Below, in pieces: positions 10,765-20,927 of a stretch of DNA of 53,531 nucleotides. Source of the stretch: Candidatus Calescibacterium sp. (GTDB taxonomy: Bacteria; Calescibacteriota; Calescibacteriia; Calescibacteriales; Calescibacteriaceae). The translations under genes were made by a program, and so were the position numbers. The notes under the pieces are model-generated. The model worked only from the letters and a program-made list of their open reading frames with translations. It did not search any database and was not told where the DNA came from. Numbering within the stretch: position 1 is the first letter of the stretch; each line of letters starts with the position of its first letter. Location: positions 1-53,531 of the forward strand of contig JAVVGL010000015.1 in NCBI GenBank assembly GCA_032249135.1, given 5' to 3'.

Positions 10765-10885
10765 GAGATAGTAAGGTTGTGGACTGTATTTTCTGACCCA
10801 ACCGAAGATGTAAAAATATCGGAAAGAATTCTTTCAGATGTGAAAGATATGTACAGAAAAATAAGAAATACTATAAGATTTATGC
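10765..10885 (+). repeat. Direct repeat copy 2: non-coding ileS fragment
   Basis: Translates [40 protein letters not shown] vs IleS EIVRLWAVF...; in-frame TGA at 10753 and no start codon. Confidence 0.95.
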
Positions 10886-10915
10886 AAAGTATAATAAGGT
10901 ATGGGACTTCAGCTA

Positions 10916-11851
10916 CTATGAGTATCTAATTACACTCATTATCTTCTGGGCTAAAACTTCGGATACACTTTTTGGTATAACGAATTTTGAAAATTTTGTT
11001 CTTTCTGCTATCTCGTAGGCTAAATTAAGAAAATCTTTTGTGCCTCTTTCAAACCATTTTATAACATCTATTCCTAAGATTTCCCCGCTCTTTTTTAGCC
11101 TTAAAATAGATGCTGTTATGTGAAATACCCATATAAACTGTTTTATTAGTATTCTTACTTGCTCTATATAAGAAATTCTGTTTATAACTTCGGGCAAATA
11201 TTTCCTTGCAAATCCGACATGTTTTGCCTCATCTTTCGCTATGTATTCAAGAAGTGCTTTTAGTATCGGTTCATGAAAACACTCTTTTAAAGCAGTGAAA
11301 AGATAGTAAGCCACCGTCTCGGTAAGAAGATGCAGACCGACCATTTTGAGTGCAATTGAATTTGTTCTAAGTACATCATCAAGAACACATCTTGAATTTG
11401 GATCTATTTCTGGAATTGGTCCCAAAAGCCCCAGATACTTCTGGTAAGCTGTCACATGTTTTGCCTCTTCTATTACTTGTGCAGATAAAACTTTTTTAGC
11501 GTCCATATCCTCAACCATATTAAGGAGTTGTGCTGCAACAAGCATTGCAACAATTTCTCCATAATATATTATTGAAAGAATTTTGAGTAAAGCCTCTTTT
11601 TCTTCCTTTGTGAGTTTGGGTTCCCCATATTTTTTCAGGAGTTCGTTGAAAACTTTTGTATCGTCCCAGAAATGCTGTTTTGATAGCTCGTATGATTTAT
11701 CTAAAAGAGGATATTTTATTTTCACATTCTCATAAGAATACGGATCAAAACTTATTTTTGGTATGAACTTTGAAATTTTTATTTTTGCCTTTGCCACCCT
11801 GTATCCGCCTTTTTCTATTACTTCTCCTACTATTTTCTCTAATCCACCCAT
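10916..11851 (-). CDS. Ferritin-like diiron-carboxylate protein (AurF/aldehyde decarbonylase-like)
   Basis: Paired E...EExxH and E...DExxH ligands: YGEIVA, IEEAKH, LTETVA, KDEAKH. Confidence 0.85.
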   Translation of the reverse strand: MGGLEKIVGEVIEKGGYRVAKAKIKISKFIPKISFDPYSYENVKIKYPLLDKSYELSKQHFWDDTKVFNELLKKYGEPKLTKEEKEALLKILSIIYYGEIVAMLVAAQLLNMVEDMDAKKVLSAQVIEEAKHVTAYQKYLGLLGPIPEIDPNSRCVLDDVLRTNSIALKMVGLHLLTETVAYYLFTALKECFHEPILKALLEYIAKDEAKHVGFARKYLPEVINRISYIEQVRILIKQFIWVFHITASILRLKKSGEILGIDVIKWFERGTKDFLNLAYEIAERTKFSKFVIPKSVSEVLAQKIMSVIRYS

Positions 11852-12062
11852 AATTAATATTTTAATAATTTTACTGACTGGAAGGTAGTTTTAAAGAAGA
11901 ATTTTTGTCAAATAAATTTAAAAAATTTGAAATCTGTTCAAGTAAGAGGTTATGAATTAGAAAAAGCTCATATAGTAGTATAATGAAGATCAAGTTCGTT
12001 TGCGAATGTTAGATTGGATTTATTTATAAAAAAATATATTTTTATAAAAAAATATAGAAAAT

Positions 12063-13988
12063 ATGGGGGGATGGAGGAAAATCAGTATTTTTCTCGTTTT
12101 GTTTGTTGCTTTTATCTTTTCATTTTTCAGACTTCTCTTTTTTCTCTTTTATCTCAAAGATGCTCCTTTTTTCGCTTTTTTAGATGGACTCAGGTTTGAT
12201 TTTTTTGTTATTTTGCCTTTTTGGATTTTACCTTTATTTATTTTGAACTTCCCGTTTGAGCTTCCAAAAGCATTTTATCTGGTTTCTCTTTGGTGGATCT
12301 ACATTACAATTTTAGTTTTCGTTGCTGTCCTGATTTTTGATTTTGTTTTTTTCGGACAAACTCAAAAGCACGTTTCAGTGGAAATCCTTACAATTTCATC
12401 GGATTGGGACTTTATTTTCAAAAGCATATTGTCTGAATGGAAATACCTTTTAGGGTTCCTTATTTTTGGTGTAATTTTAGGATATTTTTGGTATAAATTG
12501 ACGAAGATAAATTTTAGAAAACCAACTTGGAATTTACCTTTTCGTATTACTTATTTCGTTATAGTTGTCGCTTTGATTCTGCTTGGTTTGAGAGGAACAT
12601 TATCTTCAAAACCTTTACATATAGTAGATGCTTTCACAAAAGGTATGCAGTACGGAAATCTTGCTTTGAACGGCGTCTTCTCAATTTATACAACTTTATA
12701 TTCAAATGTTGTAAAGAAAGATTATCAAAATCTAAAAAATCGTAATTTAAAAACAAACTTTTTTGGATATGATGAAGCTCTTTCTATTTTAGAGATTGAA
12801 TCTAAATTTCGCTCATACCCGTTCAGAAAAATCTCAAGGTGTGAGAAAAGCGATAAGGAAATAGGTAATAGTAAGCAGATTATGGGAAATCAGAAGTATG
12901 ATATTCAGAAGTATAATATCGTTATTTTTATACTTGAAAGCTGGACACCAAAATATATAGATAGCCTTTCTCATGAAAACTGGGGAGTTACTCCTAACTT
13001 TGATAAAATAGTTGAGAAAGGAATAACCTATGAAAAATTTTATTCTGCTGGGGTAAGAAGTATATTTGGAATTCAAGCTATATTAACTGGTATTCCATCT
13101 TTACCTAATCTACCTTACATGGGACGGGGACTTGACGCTATGAATTTCAGAGGAATGGGGTATATCGTGAAAAAATATGGGTATAAAACAATATTTGTTC
13201 AGAGTTCAAAAAGAAGGTCATATAGATTAGATTCTATTGCAAAAGCAAGTGGATTTGACTATGTTTTTGGAATGGAAGATATAAAAAAGGAAATTGGACT
13301 TTTACTTGATTATCCACCCGGTCCCCCTCCACCATTTGGGTGGGATTATGAAACTTTGGTTTTTCTTTTCAGGAAAATTCAGAGTTTTGGAGAACCTTTT
13401 TTGGTAGTTGTTTTCACAGGTACAACTCATGCTCGCTTTGCAGATTTACCAAAAAATTTCAAAAAATATGAACATTCTGAAATGGGATTGGGAGGTTACC
13501 TTAATACTCTGTTTTATTCGGACTGGGCTTTGGGAGAATTTATGAAAATGGCAGAAAAAACTCGGTGGTTTGAAAGAACAATTTTTATTTTTATGGCTGA
13601 CCATCCAGCTTTCACATCCGGCGACTTCCGTGAAAGATTCCATATACCTTTCGTGATTTTTGCTCCTTCTGTTTTTTCTCCTGAAAGAATCAAAGATATT
13701 GTTGGGTCCCAATATGATATTATTCTGACAATTATTGATTTACTCTGCCTTGATGCTGAATTTTCCTCTATTGGTAAATCTATTTTCAAAAGAACAAAAG
13801 ATGATTTTGTTTTTGTTTCAGATGGCGACCTTATTGGAGCTATTACAAGATATGGATTTATTTCTCATTCCACTTTTGGTATAGTTGAGGCCAATATTTC
13901 TGGTGGTGATTTGCAAGATCTTGAAAAAAGGCTTTTAGCTCTATTTGAGTTAAGCTATTATGCTATAACGAAAAATAAGTGGTTCTAA
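12063..13988 (+). CDS. LTA synthase family / phosphoglycerol transferase-like membrane sulfatase-fold protein
   Basis: Several N-terminal TM helices, NIVIFILESW, VTPNFD, TTH, YSDWALGEF, TIFIFMADH, HIPFVI. Confidence 0.9.
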   Translation: MGGWRKISIFLVLFVAFIFSFFRLLFFLFYLKDAPFFAFLDGLRFDFFVILPFWILPLFILNFPFELPKAFYLVSLWWIYITILVFVAVLIFDFVFFGQTQKHVSVEILTISSDWDFIFKSILSEWKYLLGFLIFGVILGYFWYKLTKINFRKPTWNLPFRITYFVIVVALILLGLRGTLSSKPLHIVDAFTKGMQYGNLALNGVFSIYTTLYSNVVKKDYQNLKNRNLKTNFFGYDEALSILEIESKFRSYPFRKISRCEKSDKEIGNSKQIMGNQKYDIQKYNIVIFILESWTPKYIDSLSHENWGVTPNFDKIVEKGITYEKFYSAGVRSIFGIQAILTGIPSLPNLPYMGRGLDAMNFRGMGYIVKKYGYKTIFVQSSKRRSYRLDSIAKASGFDYVFGMEDIKKEIGLLLDYPPGPPPPFGWDYETLVFLFRKIQSFGEPFLVVVFTGTTHARFADLPKNFKKYEHSEMGLGGYLNTLFYSDWALGEFMKMAEKTRWFERTIFIFMADHPAFTSGDFRERFHIPFVIFAPSVFSPERIKDIVGSQYDIILTIIDLLCLDAEFSSIGKSIFKRTKDDFVFVSDGDLIGAITRYGFISHSTFGIVEANISGGDLQDLEKRLLALFELSYYAITKNKWF

Positions 13989-14107
13989 TAAAACACTGAT
14001 GAAAGAAAAATTGTTCTTGGAAAACAGAAAAATAGAATATGGAAAGAAAAACTTCATAAACTTTTCAATTTGTGTGAAAATGAAACTTTTGGTTTGAATG
14101 TTCTTTT

Positions 14108-14605
14108 ATGAATAAATCGGGGATTAATAAAATAAGGAGTATATGTGAACTTCCCTTGGTGGTAAAACTCCCAATTTTTTTCTTCTCTTTGTATGGACTA
14201 TTCGGACCGTTCGTTAATCTTGCGTATCACATAAGCAAAAAAGGAGTTGGATTTGAAAACACTTTGAAATACTATTTCGGAAATCCAGATGAGATGATAC
14301 CACCTTTGGGGTTAGTCTCTTTTCTTGAAGTTATGCATTTTCATACATGGAGTCAAGCAGCAGTTATTTTTATTCTCACTATCCTTTTTTCCTTAACCTG
14401 TTTTCATGAAAAACTAAAAGCTATTGTTATTGTTTTAACTTTTATTTCCTCTTTGGGACACATTTTTTTGCCAACCCTTACAAGATTTGTAAGTAAAAAA
14501 TTTGTTTATCCCCTCTTTTTAGATACTGTCTTGCTTTCCGGCTGTATTGTCTTTTTATCTTTGTCTCTGATCTTTGAAGTTGTAAAGAGAAGAAAAAAAG
14601 AATAA
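14108..14605 (+). CDS. Hypothetical 4-TM membrane protein
   Basis: Four hydrophobic segments, His-containing EVMHFH motif. Confidence 0.75.
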   Translation: MNKSGINKIRSICELPLVVKLPIFFFSLYGLFGPFVNLAYHISKKGVGFENTLKYYFGNPDEMIPPLGLVSFLEVMHFHTWSQAAVIFILTILFSLTCFHEKLKAIVIVLTFISSLGHIFLPTLTRFVSKKFVYPLFLDTVLLSGCIVFLSLSLIFEVVKRRKKE

Positions 14606-14652
14606 GGAGTGTTGAGCAATTCCCGAGACAAAATATCATCAAAATTTTCTCT

Positions 14653-16389
14653 TCAAAATTTCAGGATGCAATCTATTTTTTTTGTTATTGGCATTCTTCT
14701 GTCTTTACCGAAGGCTCTTGAACTTATCTTAATTCCCGGTGGTGCCTGTCTTCTCTTATATTCTGCTTTCTCTACCATCTCTATAACTCTTTTTATTACT
14801 CCTTTATCTACACCTACTACTTTTTCTATGATTTCGGGCGGAGTATCTTTTTCTATGTAAAGTTTTAAAATTGCGTCAAGGATTCTATAAGGTGGTAAGT
14901 CATCTTCATCCTTTTGATTTGGTCTAAGCTCAGCTGATGGTGGTTTTTCAAAAACTCTTTTAGGTATTATTTCTCTACCTTTCATTTCATTGTAAAACTT
15001 TGCGATTTTATAAACATCTGTTTTGTAGAGGTCTTTTATGACTGCAAACCCTCCCGCAAGATCTCCATATAGTGTAGCATATCCTACACTCATTTCGCTT
15101 TTGTTTCCACAAGCTAAAACTATATGACCAAATTTGTTTGAGATTGTCATAATTATGTTTCCTCTTATTCTTGCTTGTAAATTTTCCTCGGCAGATGAAA
15201 ATGGTGTTCCGGCGAAAAGTTCTGAAAGCTCATTCATAAAAGCTTCATAAATCCTCATTATTGGAATTTTCAAAAATTTTATTCCGAGGTTTTTTGAAAG
15301 TATTTCTGCGTCTTCAACTGAGTGATGTGATGAAAATTGAGACGGCATAGATATTCCAAGAACATTTTCTGGTCCTATTGCTTCTGTTGCGATGCATGCT
15401 GTAAGAGATGAATCTATTCCCCCAGATAGCGCTATAAGGGCTTTTGAGAACCTATTTTTTAAAATGTAGTCTCTGGTTCCTGTAACGAGTGCGCAAAAGA
15501 CTTCTTCTTCCCATTTTGGAAAATCATAAATTTCATTTTTTGTTTCTCCATCTTTTTGGGTTATAGATAAATCTAAATTTATGACTTTGATTTTTGAATC
15601 GGTTGAAGGTTTCTCTGTTCTTCTTCGTGGGTCATGAACTCTTTTGAGATAAACTTGAGTTATATCTATATCTTTTATAAGTATGTACTCTTTGAAAAGA
15701 GGGGCTCTCGCTTCTGTATCTCCCCATGGCGATATTACAGATGAAGTCCCATCAAACACAAGTTCATCTTGACCGCCGACAAGGTTACAAAAAAGCACAT
15801 ATGATGAATAGTCTGCCGCCCTTGTTTTCATCATATCTTCTCTTATTTTTGGTTTTGAGATGTGATATGGTGATGCGGATATGTTCACAATTATTTCAGC
15901 TCCTCCTTCTATCGTGAGAGAAAAAAGGGGTTCTGTTGGGTGCCAAATATCTTCACATATTGATACACCTATTTTTACATTATCTTGTGTTTGCAAAATC
16001 AATTTTTCTTTTCCTGAGGAAAAATATCTCATCTCATCAAAGACTCCGTAGTTTGGAAGATGGATTTTTTTGTATTTATATATTTTTCTGTTGCACAAGA
16101 TTGCTGCGCTGTTGTATATATCTTCTTCAAGATCAACAAATCCCAAAATTATTATAGCTCCGTCTGAAATTTCTTTTATTGTTTTCAAAGCTTCTCTTTG
16201 CTCTCTTATGAATTTAGTATTAAACACTAAGTCCTCTGGGGGATATCCACACAGTGCAAGTTCAGGAAAACAGATTAATTTTGCTCCCGCTTCTTTTGCT
16301 TTTCTTGCGAACTCTATGATTTTTTTCGCATTACCTTCTATATCTCCTACGAAAGAGTTTATCTGGCATAATGCAACTCTTACATACAT
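14653..16389 (-). CDS. nadE: Glutamine-dependent NAD+ synthetase
   Basis: Nitrilase domain (FPEL, LPNYGVFDEMRYF, ICEDIW) plus synthetase domain (LSGGIDS, ENLQARIRG, GNKSE, PPSAEL). Confidence 0.97.
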   Translation of the reverse strand: MYVRVALCQINSFVGDIEGNAKKIIEFARKAKEAGAKLICFPELALCGYPPEDLVFNTKFIREQREALKTIKEISDGAIIILGFVDLEEDIYNSAAILCNRKIYKYKKIHLPNYGVFDEMRYFSSGKEKLILQTQDNVKIGVSICEDIWHPTEPLFSLTIEGGAEIIVNISASPYHISKPKIREDMMKTRAADYSSYVLFCNLVGGQDELVFDGTSSVISPWGDTEARAPLFKEYILIKDIDITQVYLKRVHDPRRRTEKPSTDSKIKVINLDLSITQKDGETKNEIYDFPKWEEEVFCALVTGTRDYILKNRFSKALIALSGGIDSSLTACIATEAIGPENVLGISMPSQFSSHHSVEDAEILSKNLGIKFLKIPIMRIYEAFMNELSELFAGTPFSSAEENLQARIRGNIIMTISNKFGHIVLACGNKSEMSVGYATLYGDLAGGFAVIKDLYKTDVYKIAKFYNEMKGREIIPKRVFEKPPSAELRPNQKDEDDLPPYRILDAILKLYIEKDTPPEIIEKVVGVDKGVIKRVIEMVEKAEYKRRQAPPGIKISSRAFGKDRRMPITKKIDCILKF

Positions 16390-16516
16390 TATATATAAAT
16401 ATAAGAAATGAATATTTCTTATAAATATATATAAGAATATTTTGTTTTTGATTTTATTTTTGTTTGCTTATTTGGAATTTGATTGCTAAATTTCACGCCG
16501 GTTAATTTTATTTTTC

Positions 16517-17359
16517 GTGACTACATTTCACATAATAACTATATTCCCAGAATTCTTTTCTTCTGTGTTGGAAGTTGGACTTGTAAAGAAAGCAAGAGAA
16601 AAAAAGATAATAGATTTTGTTTTTATAGATTTGAAAAGTTTTGGTGTTGGCAAACATAAAGTGATAGATGATAGACCGTATGGAGGAGGAGCAGGAATGG
16701 TCTTGCGTCCCGAACCCATTGTTTCTGCTTTAAGATCTGTAAGTTTTAGGGGAGATAAAAGAATCTCTATTCTTATGTCCCCTTCCGGAAATCTTCTCAC
16801 ACAGGAAAAGCTTGAAGAACTATCTTATTTTTCAGATATAGTTATTGTCTGTCCAAGATATGAGGGAGTAGATGAAAGAGTAAAAAAATTCATAGATGAA
16901 GATATTTCAATCGGAGATTATGTTATTCATTCAGGAGATGTGGCTGCTCTTGTAATCATAGAAGGCGTTGCAAGACTAAAGGAAGGATTTATGACAACCC
17001 CTATAAAAGAAGAGCTTACCTTTGGCATTTTAGATTTTCCTCAATTTACACATCCAAAAATTTTTGAAGATATGGAGGTTCCAGAAATTTTACTTTCAGG
17101 TCATCATGAAAATATAAGAAGATGGAGGATAGAGCAATCTGTAAAAAAAACTCTTGAAAGAAGACCCGATTTGGTTTTGAAATTTTTTATCAAAAAAGAA
17201 AACGAATTGAATTTACCCCCAGAAAAAAAGGAGATGATAAAAAGTTACCTTTTTGATGTTTCTTTTTGTGAAAGTAAAAGAGATCAATCGTTGGAAAAAG
17301 AAATCTTTCACATAATGGTAAATTATCTTATAAATATAAAAGAACTCTTTTCATATTGA
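16517..17359 (+). CDS. trmD: tRNA (guanine37-N1)-methyltransferase
   Basis: DDRPYGGGAGMV, RYEGVDER, SIGDYV, VPEILLSGHH; GTG start; short C-terminal extension. Confidence 0.96.
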   Translation: MTTFHIITIFPEFFSSVLEVGLVKKAREKKIIDFVFIDLKSFGVGKHKVIDDRPYGGGAGMVLRPEPIVSALRSVSFRGDKRISILMSPSGNLLTQEKLEELSYFSDIVIVCPRYEGVDERVKKFIDEDISIGDYVIHSGDVAALVIIEGVARLKEGFMTTPIKEELTFGILDFPQFTHPKIFEDMEVPEILLSGHHENIRRWRIEQSVKKTLERRPDLVLKFFIKKENELNLPPEKKEMIKSYLFDVSFCESKRDQSLEKEIFHIMVNYLINIKELFSY

Positions 17360-17436
17360 TATCAAATAAATAAAGGAAACTATTTTTCAAAAATAATGAA
17401 ATATATTTTTTGTTTTTTTATTCTTTAATAACTGAT

Positions 17437-18669
17437 ATGAACAAATCAAAGAAAAATGAGAAGATGAGGAAAGAAGGAAAAACAGCGAAGGTAGAAACTA
17501 AAAAAGGGCAGAAAGGTTTGAAGGAAGAACTTTACCCGATAGAGCCTCACGGAGGGAAACTCGTAATAAGATATTCTCCAAAGAAACCAGAAAAAAATTA
17601 CCCTGTAATAAACATATCTCGGAGAGAGTGGTGTGATCTCCAACTTATTGGAATCGGAGCTCTTTCTCCTCTTTCTGGGTTTATGTCAAAAAAAGATTAT
17701 CAAAGCTGTGTTGATAGTATGAGACTTTCGGATGGAACCTTGTGGAGCATTCCGATAACACTTTCTGTTGATGATGAAAGCTACGCAAAGGTTAAAAAAT
17801 CTGATGTTATATATCTGCAATATGAGGGAAAAATATGGGGAGAAATATTGGTTGAAGAAATCTACAAACCTAACAAAGAAAAAGAAGCTTTAAAAGTTTA
17901 CGGAACCACATCAGAAGAACATCCATCTGTATCTTATCTTAAAAAGTCTGGATCAAGATATATTGGAGGAAAAGTAAATGTTTTTGAGATTGATAATTTC
18001 GGTTTCCCGAATGAATTTTTTACTCCGTTGGAGGTGAGGAAAGAATTTTTAAAGAGAGGTTGGAGGAAAGTTGTAGGATTTCAGACAAGAAACGCTCCAC
18101 ATAGGGGACACGAGTTCATTCAAAAATGTGCTCTTGAATTAGTAGACGGACTTTTTATAAATCCTCTTGTAGGAGAAACAAAATCAGATGATGTACCATC
18201 TGATAAAGTTGTTGAAACTTATAGAGTTTTGATAGAAAAGTATTATAACAAAAGTAGGGTTTTTCTTGGAATTCTTCCATCTGCTATGAGATATGGAGGA
18301 CCTCGCGAAGCTGTCCATCATGCTATAATGAGGAAAAATTATGGTTGTACTCATTTTATCATAGGAAGGGATCACGCCGGATACAAGAATTTTTACGGAC
18401 CATACGATGCTCATAAAATTTTTGAGAAGATAGATCCAAAGGCTCTTGGAATCACACCCCTATTTTTTGATAATGCTTTCTGGTGTAATATTTGTGGGGA
18501 GATGACAACTGAAAAGGCTTGTCCGCATCCGGCAGAAAGTAGAATCTCAATTTCTGGAACTCAGGCAAGAGCTATGCTATCTCGTGGTGAAAAGCCACCT
18601 TCTGAGTTTATGAGACCGGAGGTTGCAGAAATCCTTATAAATTTTTACTCTCAAAAAACTCAAAGTTAG
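17437..18669 (+). CDS. sat: Sulfate adenylyltransferase (ATP sulfurylase)
   Basis: PHGGKL, FQTRNAPHRGHE, MRYGGPREA, THFIIGRDHAG; ATG at 17437 chosen as the likely start. Confidence 0.96.
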   Translation: MNKSKKNEKMRKEGKTAKVETKKGQKGLKEELYPIEPHGGKLVIRYSPKKPEKNYPVINISRREWCDLQLIGIGALSPLSGFMSKKDYQSCVDSMRLSDGTLWSIPITLSVDDESYAKVKKSDVIYLQYEGKIWGEILVEEIYKPNKEKEALKVYGTTSEEHPSVSYLKKSGSRYIGGKVNVFEIDNFGFPNEFFTPLEVRKEFLKRGWRKVVGFQTRNAPHRGHEFIQKCALELVDGLFINPLVGETKSDDVPSDKVVETYRVLIEKYYNKSRVFLGILPSAMRYGGPREAVHHAIMRKNYGCTHFIIGRDHAGYKNFYGPYDAHKIFEKIDPKALGITPLFFDNAFWCNICGEMTTEKACPHPAESRISISGTQARAMLSRGEKPPSEFMRPEVAEILINFYSQKTQS

Positions 18670-18702
18670 TTTTGGAAATGAGATTTGATTTAAACAAAAT
18701 TT

Positions 18703-19611
18703 TCACTGTGAAAATTTACAAATATTTTGAGGGATAGAGCATAAATCTTTTTTTATTTCTATATTAGTGGAATTTATCTCCCCAGTGATTTCAGTTGGGC
18801 ACACAGGAGTTATTATTTGAAATTCTCCTCCTGACTCTTTTGTTTCGCTTCTTGCTCTAATATCAACATTATATGTAGATTTTTCAATACATCCGCTGTA
18901 AGATGTTATTTCACCTTTTATTGTTATATCAATTGTGTTTGTATTTTCTTTTTGATAGTATGCGTATTCAAAGTTTTGTAAATCTAAATCTATTTTATCT
19001 CCAAACTCCATATTTATTTTGCCCACTTTTTCTTGCTCTGTTCTTAATGCATATCCACCGTAAAATTTGATAGATGATATATTTGAGAGAGAAAGTGAAA
19101 AATATTGTGATAGTTCATCTTCTTTTCTTATGTGAAGTGACATATTTTCAAATACAAATCTGCCTCCTTTTAGTGATATTTCCCCTGAAAGTTCTATATT
19201 AATTTGAGGATAAGATATGGATGAGATTTTGATGCTTAGTATATATTTTGAAATTTGAGGTTGTATTTCTATCTGTCCTTTTAGTAAAAACGAATCTCCT
19301 ATTTTGCATTTATCGTAAATTTTTTTATTATTTTCTTTTTTCATACAATCTGCTCCCTCTATTGAGATTATTGCTTCAATGATGTCTTGAATATTTTTTA
19401 TAAAGTATGCTAATGTTGGAATAGAGTGGGCTATTCTTGCTATGATTTCTTCTGAAATAGATTTTTCATTCTTCTTAGAGCAATTCAAAGTGTTTGATAT
19501 AAAGAAAAGAGTGAAAAAGAGAACAATTTTGAATACGTATTTAAAAGATTCTTTTTTCATCGCATAAGAATATAGTTCTCTTTTTTGGTATTTTGGAATT
19601 TCGGATATCAT
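18703..19611 (-). CDS. Hypothetical exported protein/lipoprotein
   Basis: 302-aa ORF, hydrophobic N-terminus followed by Cys (TLNC), several Cys; no recognised domain. Confidence 0.65.
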   Translation of the reverse strand: MISEIPKYQKRELYSYAMKKESFKYVFKIVLFFTLFFISNTLNCSKKNEKSISEEIIARIAHSIPTLAYFIKNIQDIIEAIISIEGADCMKKENNKKIYDKCKIGDSFLLKGQIEIQPQISKYILSIKISSISYPQINIELSGEISLKGGRFVFENMSLHIRKEDELSQYFSLSLSNISSIKFYGGYALRTEQEKVGKINMEFGDKIDLDLQNFEYAYYQKENTNTIDITIKGEITSYSGCIEKSTYNVDIRARSETKESGGEFQIITPVCPTEITGEINSTNIEIKKDLCSIPQNICKFSQ

Positions 19612-19646
19612 TTTTATTTTAGCTGTTTTTGATGTTTTGTTATCCT

Positions 19647-20903
19647 TTAATCTTTTGTTGCGTATTTTGTTATGAAAGATGTATCAAGTATTAACTCTGT
19701 GAGAGTTTTTGGAGAAGCTATTTTGATGTCATCGGGGACAGATTGTCCTGTTGTAAAGAATGCGATGGGTTTTTCTAAAAATGTTCCAATATTTATTATG
19801 GTTCCCGGAAATGAAGTTTCATCTACTTTTGTGAATATCAGATAATCAATTCCTGTTTCTGAAAACCCTCTTATGACATTTATCATTTCCTCTTCCCTTT
19901 GAGATGTAGATATGAGCAAGCAAGTCTCTACTTTTGCCTTACTTCCTATTTCTTTTATCAGAGAAGAAATCTTTTTTATATTTTTTGTATCGTATTGGCT
20001 TTTTCCCATTGTATCAACTACTATAAACTGAAATTTTGTAAGTTCATTCCATATTTTTTTGATTTCATCTTCCGTTGCAGCTACAAATAAAGGTATTCCC
20101 ATAATATCTGCATATTTTTTTATTTGTTCTACTGAGCCAATCCTATATCTATCTGTTCCTAAAAGTGCAACTTTTTTGAACCCGGACATAAGATAAAGAG
20201 CAGCTATTTTTGCAGCAGTTGTAGTTTTGCCTACTCCTGTTGGACCAATAAGCACTAAAAACTTTGATTCTCCTCTGAAAACATCTATCAGAGGATTTTT
20301 AAATAGTAGGTAATTTTGAATGACTTTTGCAAATGATACTTGATCAATTTTACCTTCTTTTGATATTATATCTTCTGTTATAGATAATGCAATGTTCCTC
20401 TGAACTCCTTTTGATATAAGTTTTTTGAATAGAAAAAGACCGATTTTGGGAAGCTTTATTTCAGGTGCTGAAATCTCCTTTTTTGACATGAATTCAACAT
20501 AGACTTTGAGGTTATAAAACTCTCTCTTTATCTCCTCAATTTTTTTTGATATTTCCGAAAGTAGTTCTATTTCGTATCCTTTATTTTCATAACCTTTATT
20601 TTCATATCTTTCTTGTTTTTCTTTTTCTTCTTTTTTTTCTTTTTCACTTTTTACTTCCAAATGTTTTTCTTGGAAAGCTAAATTCTTTGCTTCTATTACT
20701 TTTTGATTTTCTGAAATTTCTTTTCTTTTTTCCTCGTGATTTTGTGCTAATATACCCACTATTACCTCATAATACTTTTCTCCACCTATTTGTTTCTCTT
20801 CGTATCCAATCAGGATACCATTCCCGCCTGTATCCTCCTTTATTTTCTCAAAGATTTTGAGTAAGTTTTTCCCGGAAAATTTTTTTATTACAGAGTATTT
20901 CAC
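19647..20903 (-). CDS. flhF: Flagellar biosynthesis SRP-type GTPase FlhF
   Basis: GPTGVGKTTTAAKIAA, DRYRIGSVEQIKKYA, DTMGKS, TKVDET, TTGQSVPDDI. Confidence 0.93.
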   Translation of the reverse strand: MKYSVIKKFSGKNLLKIFEKIKEDTGGNGILIGYEEKQIGGEKYYEVIVGILAQNHEEKRKEISENQKVIEAKNLAFQEKHLEVKSEKEKKEEKEKQERYENKGYENKGYEIELLSEISKKIEEIKREFYNLKVYVEFMSKKEISAPEIKLPKIGLFLFKKLISKGVQRNIALSITEDIISKEGKIDQVSFAKVIQNYLLFKNPLIDVFRGESKFLVLIGPTGVGKTTTAAKIAALYLMSGFKKVALLGTDRYRIGSVEQIKKYADIMGIPLFVAATEDEIKKIWNELTKFQFIVVDTMGKSQYDTKNIKKISSLIKEIGSKAKVETCLLISTSQREEEMINVIRGFSETGIDYLIFTKVDETSFPGTIINIGTFLEKPIAFFTTGQSVPDDIKIASPKTLTELILDTSFITKYATKD

Positions 20904-20927
20904 AAATATAATTATACCATTTTTTGT

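Noticed and set aside
10619-10801. 60-aa ORF as a real gene
   Set aside because: It is a chimera of antisense ileS sequence and a frameshifted SDR remnant.
10765-10885. ileS repeat as a diversity-generating retroelement TR/VR pair
   Set aside because: Mismatches are not confined to adenines of one copy (C/T, T/G, and both A>G and G>A), they are mostly silent, and no reverse transcriptase is present.
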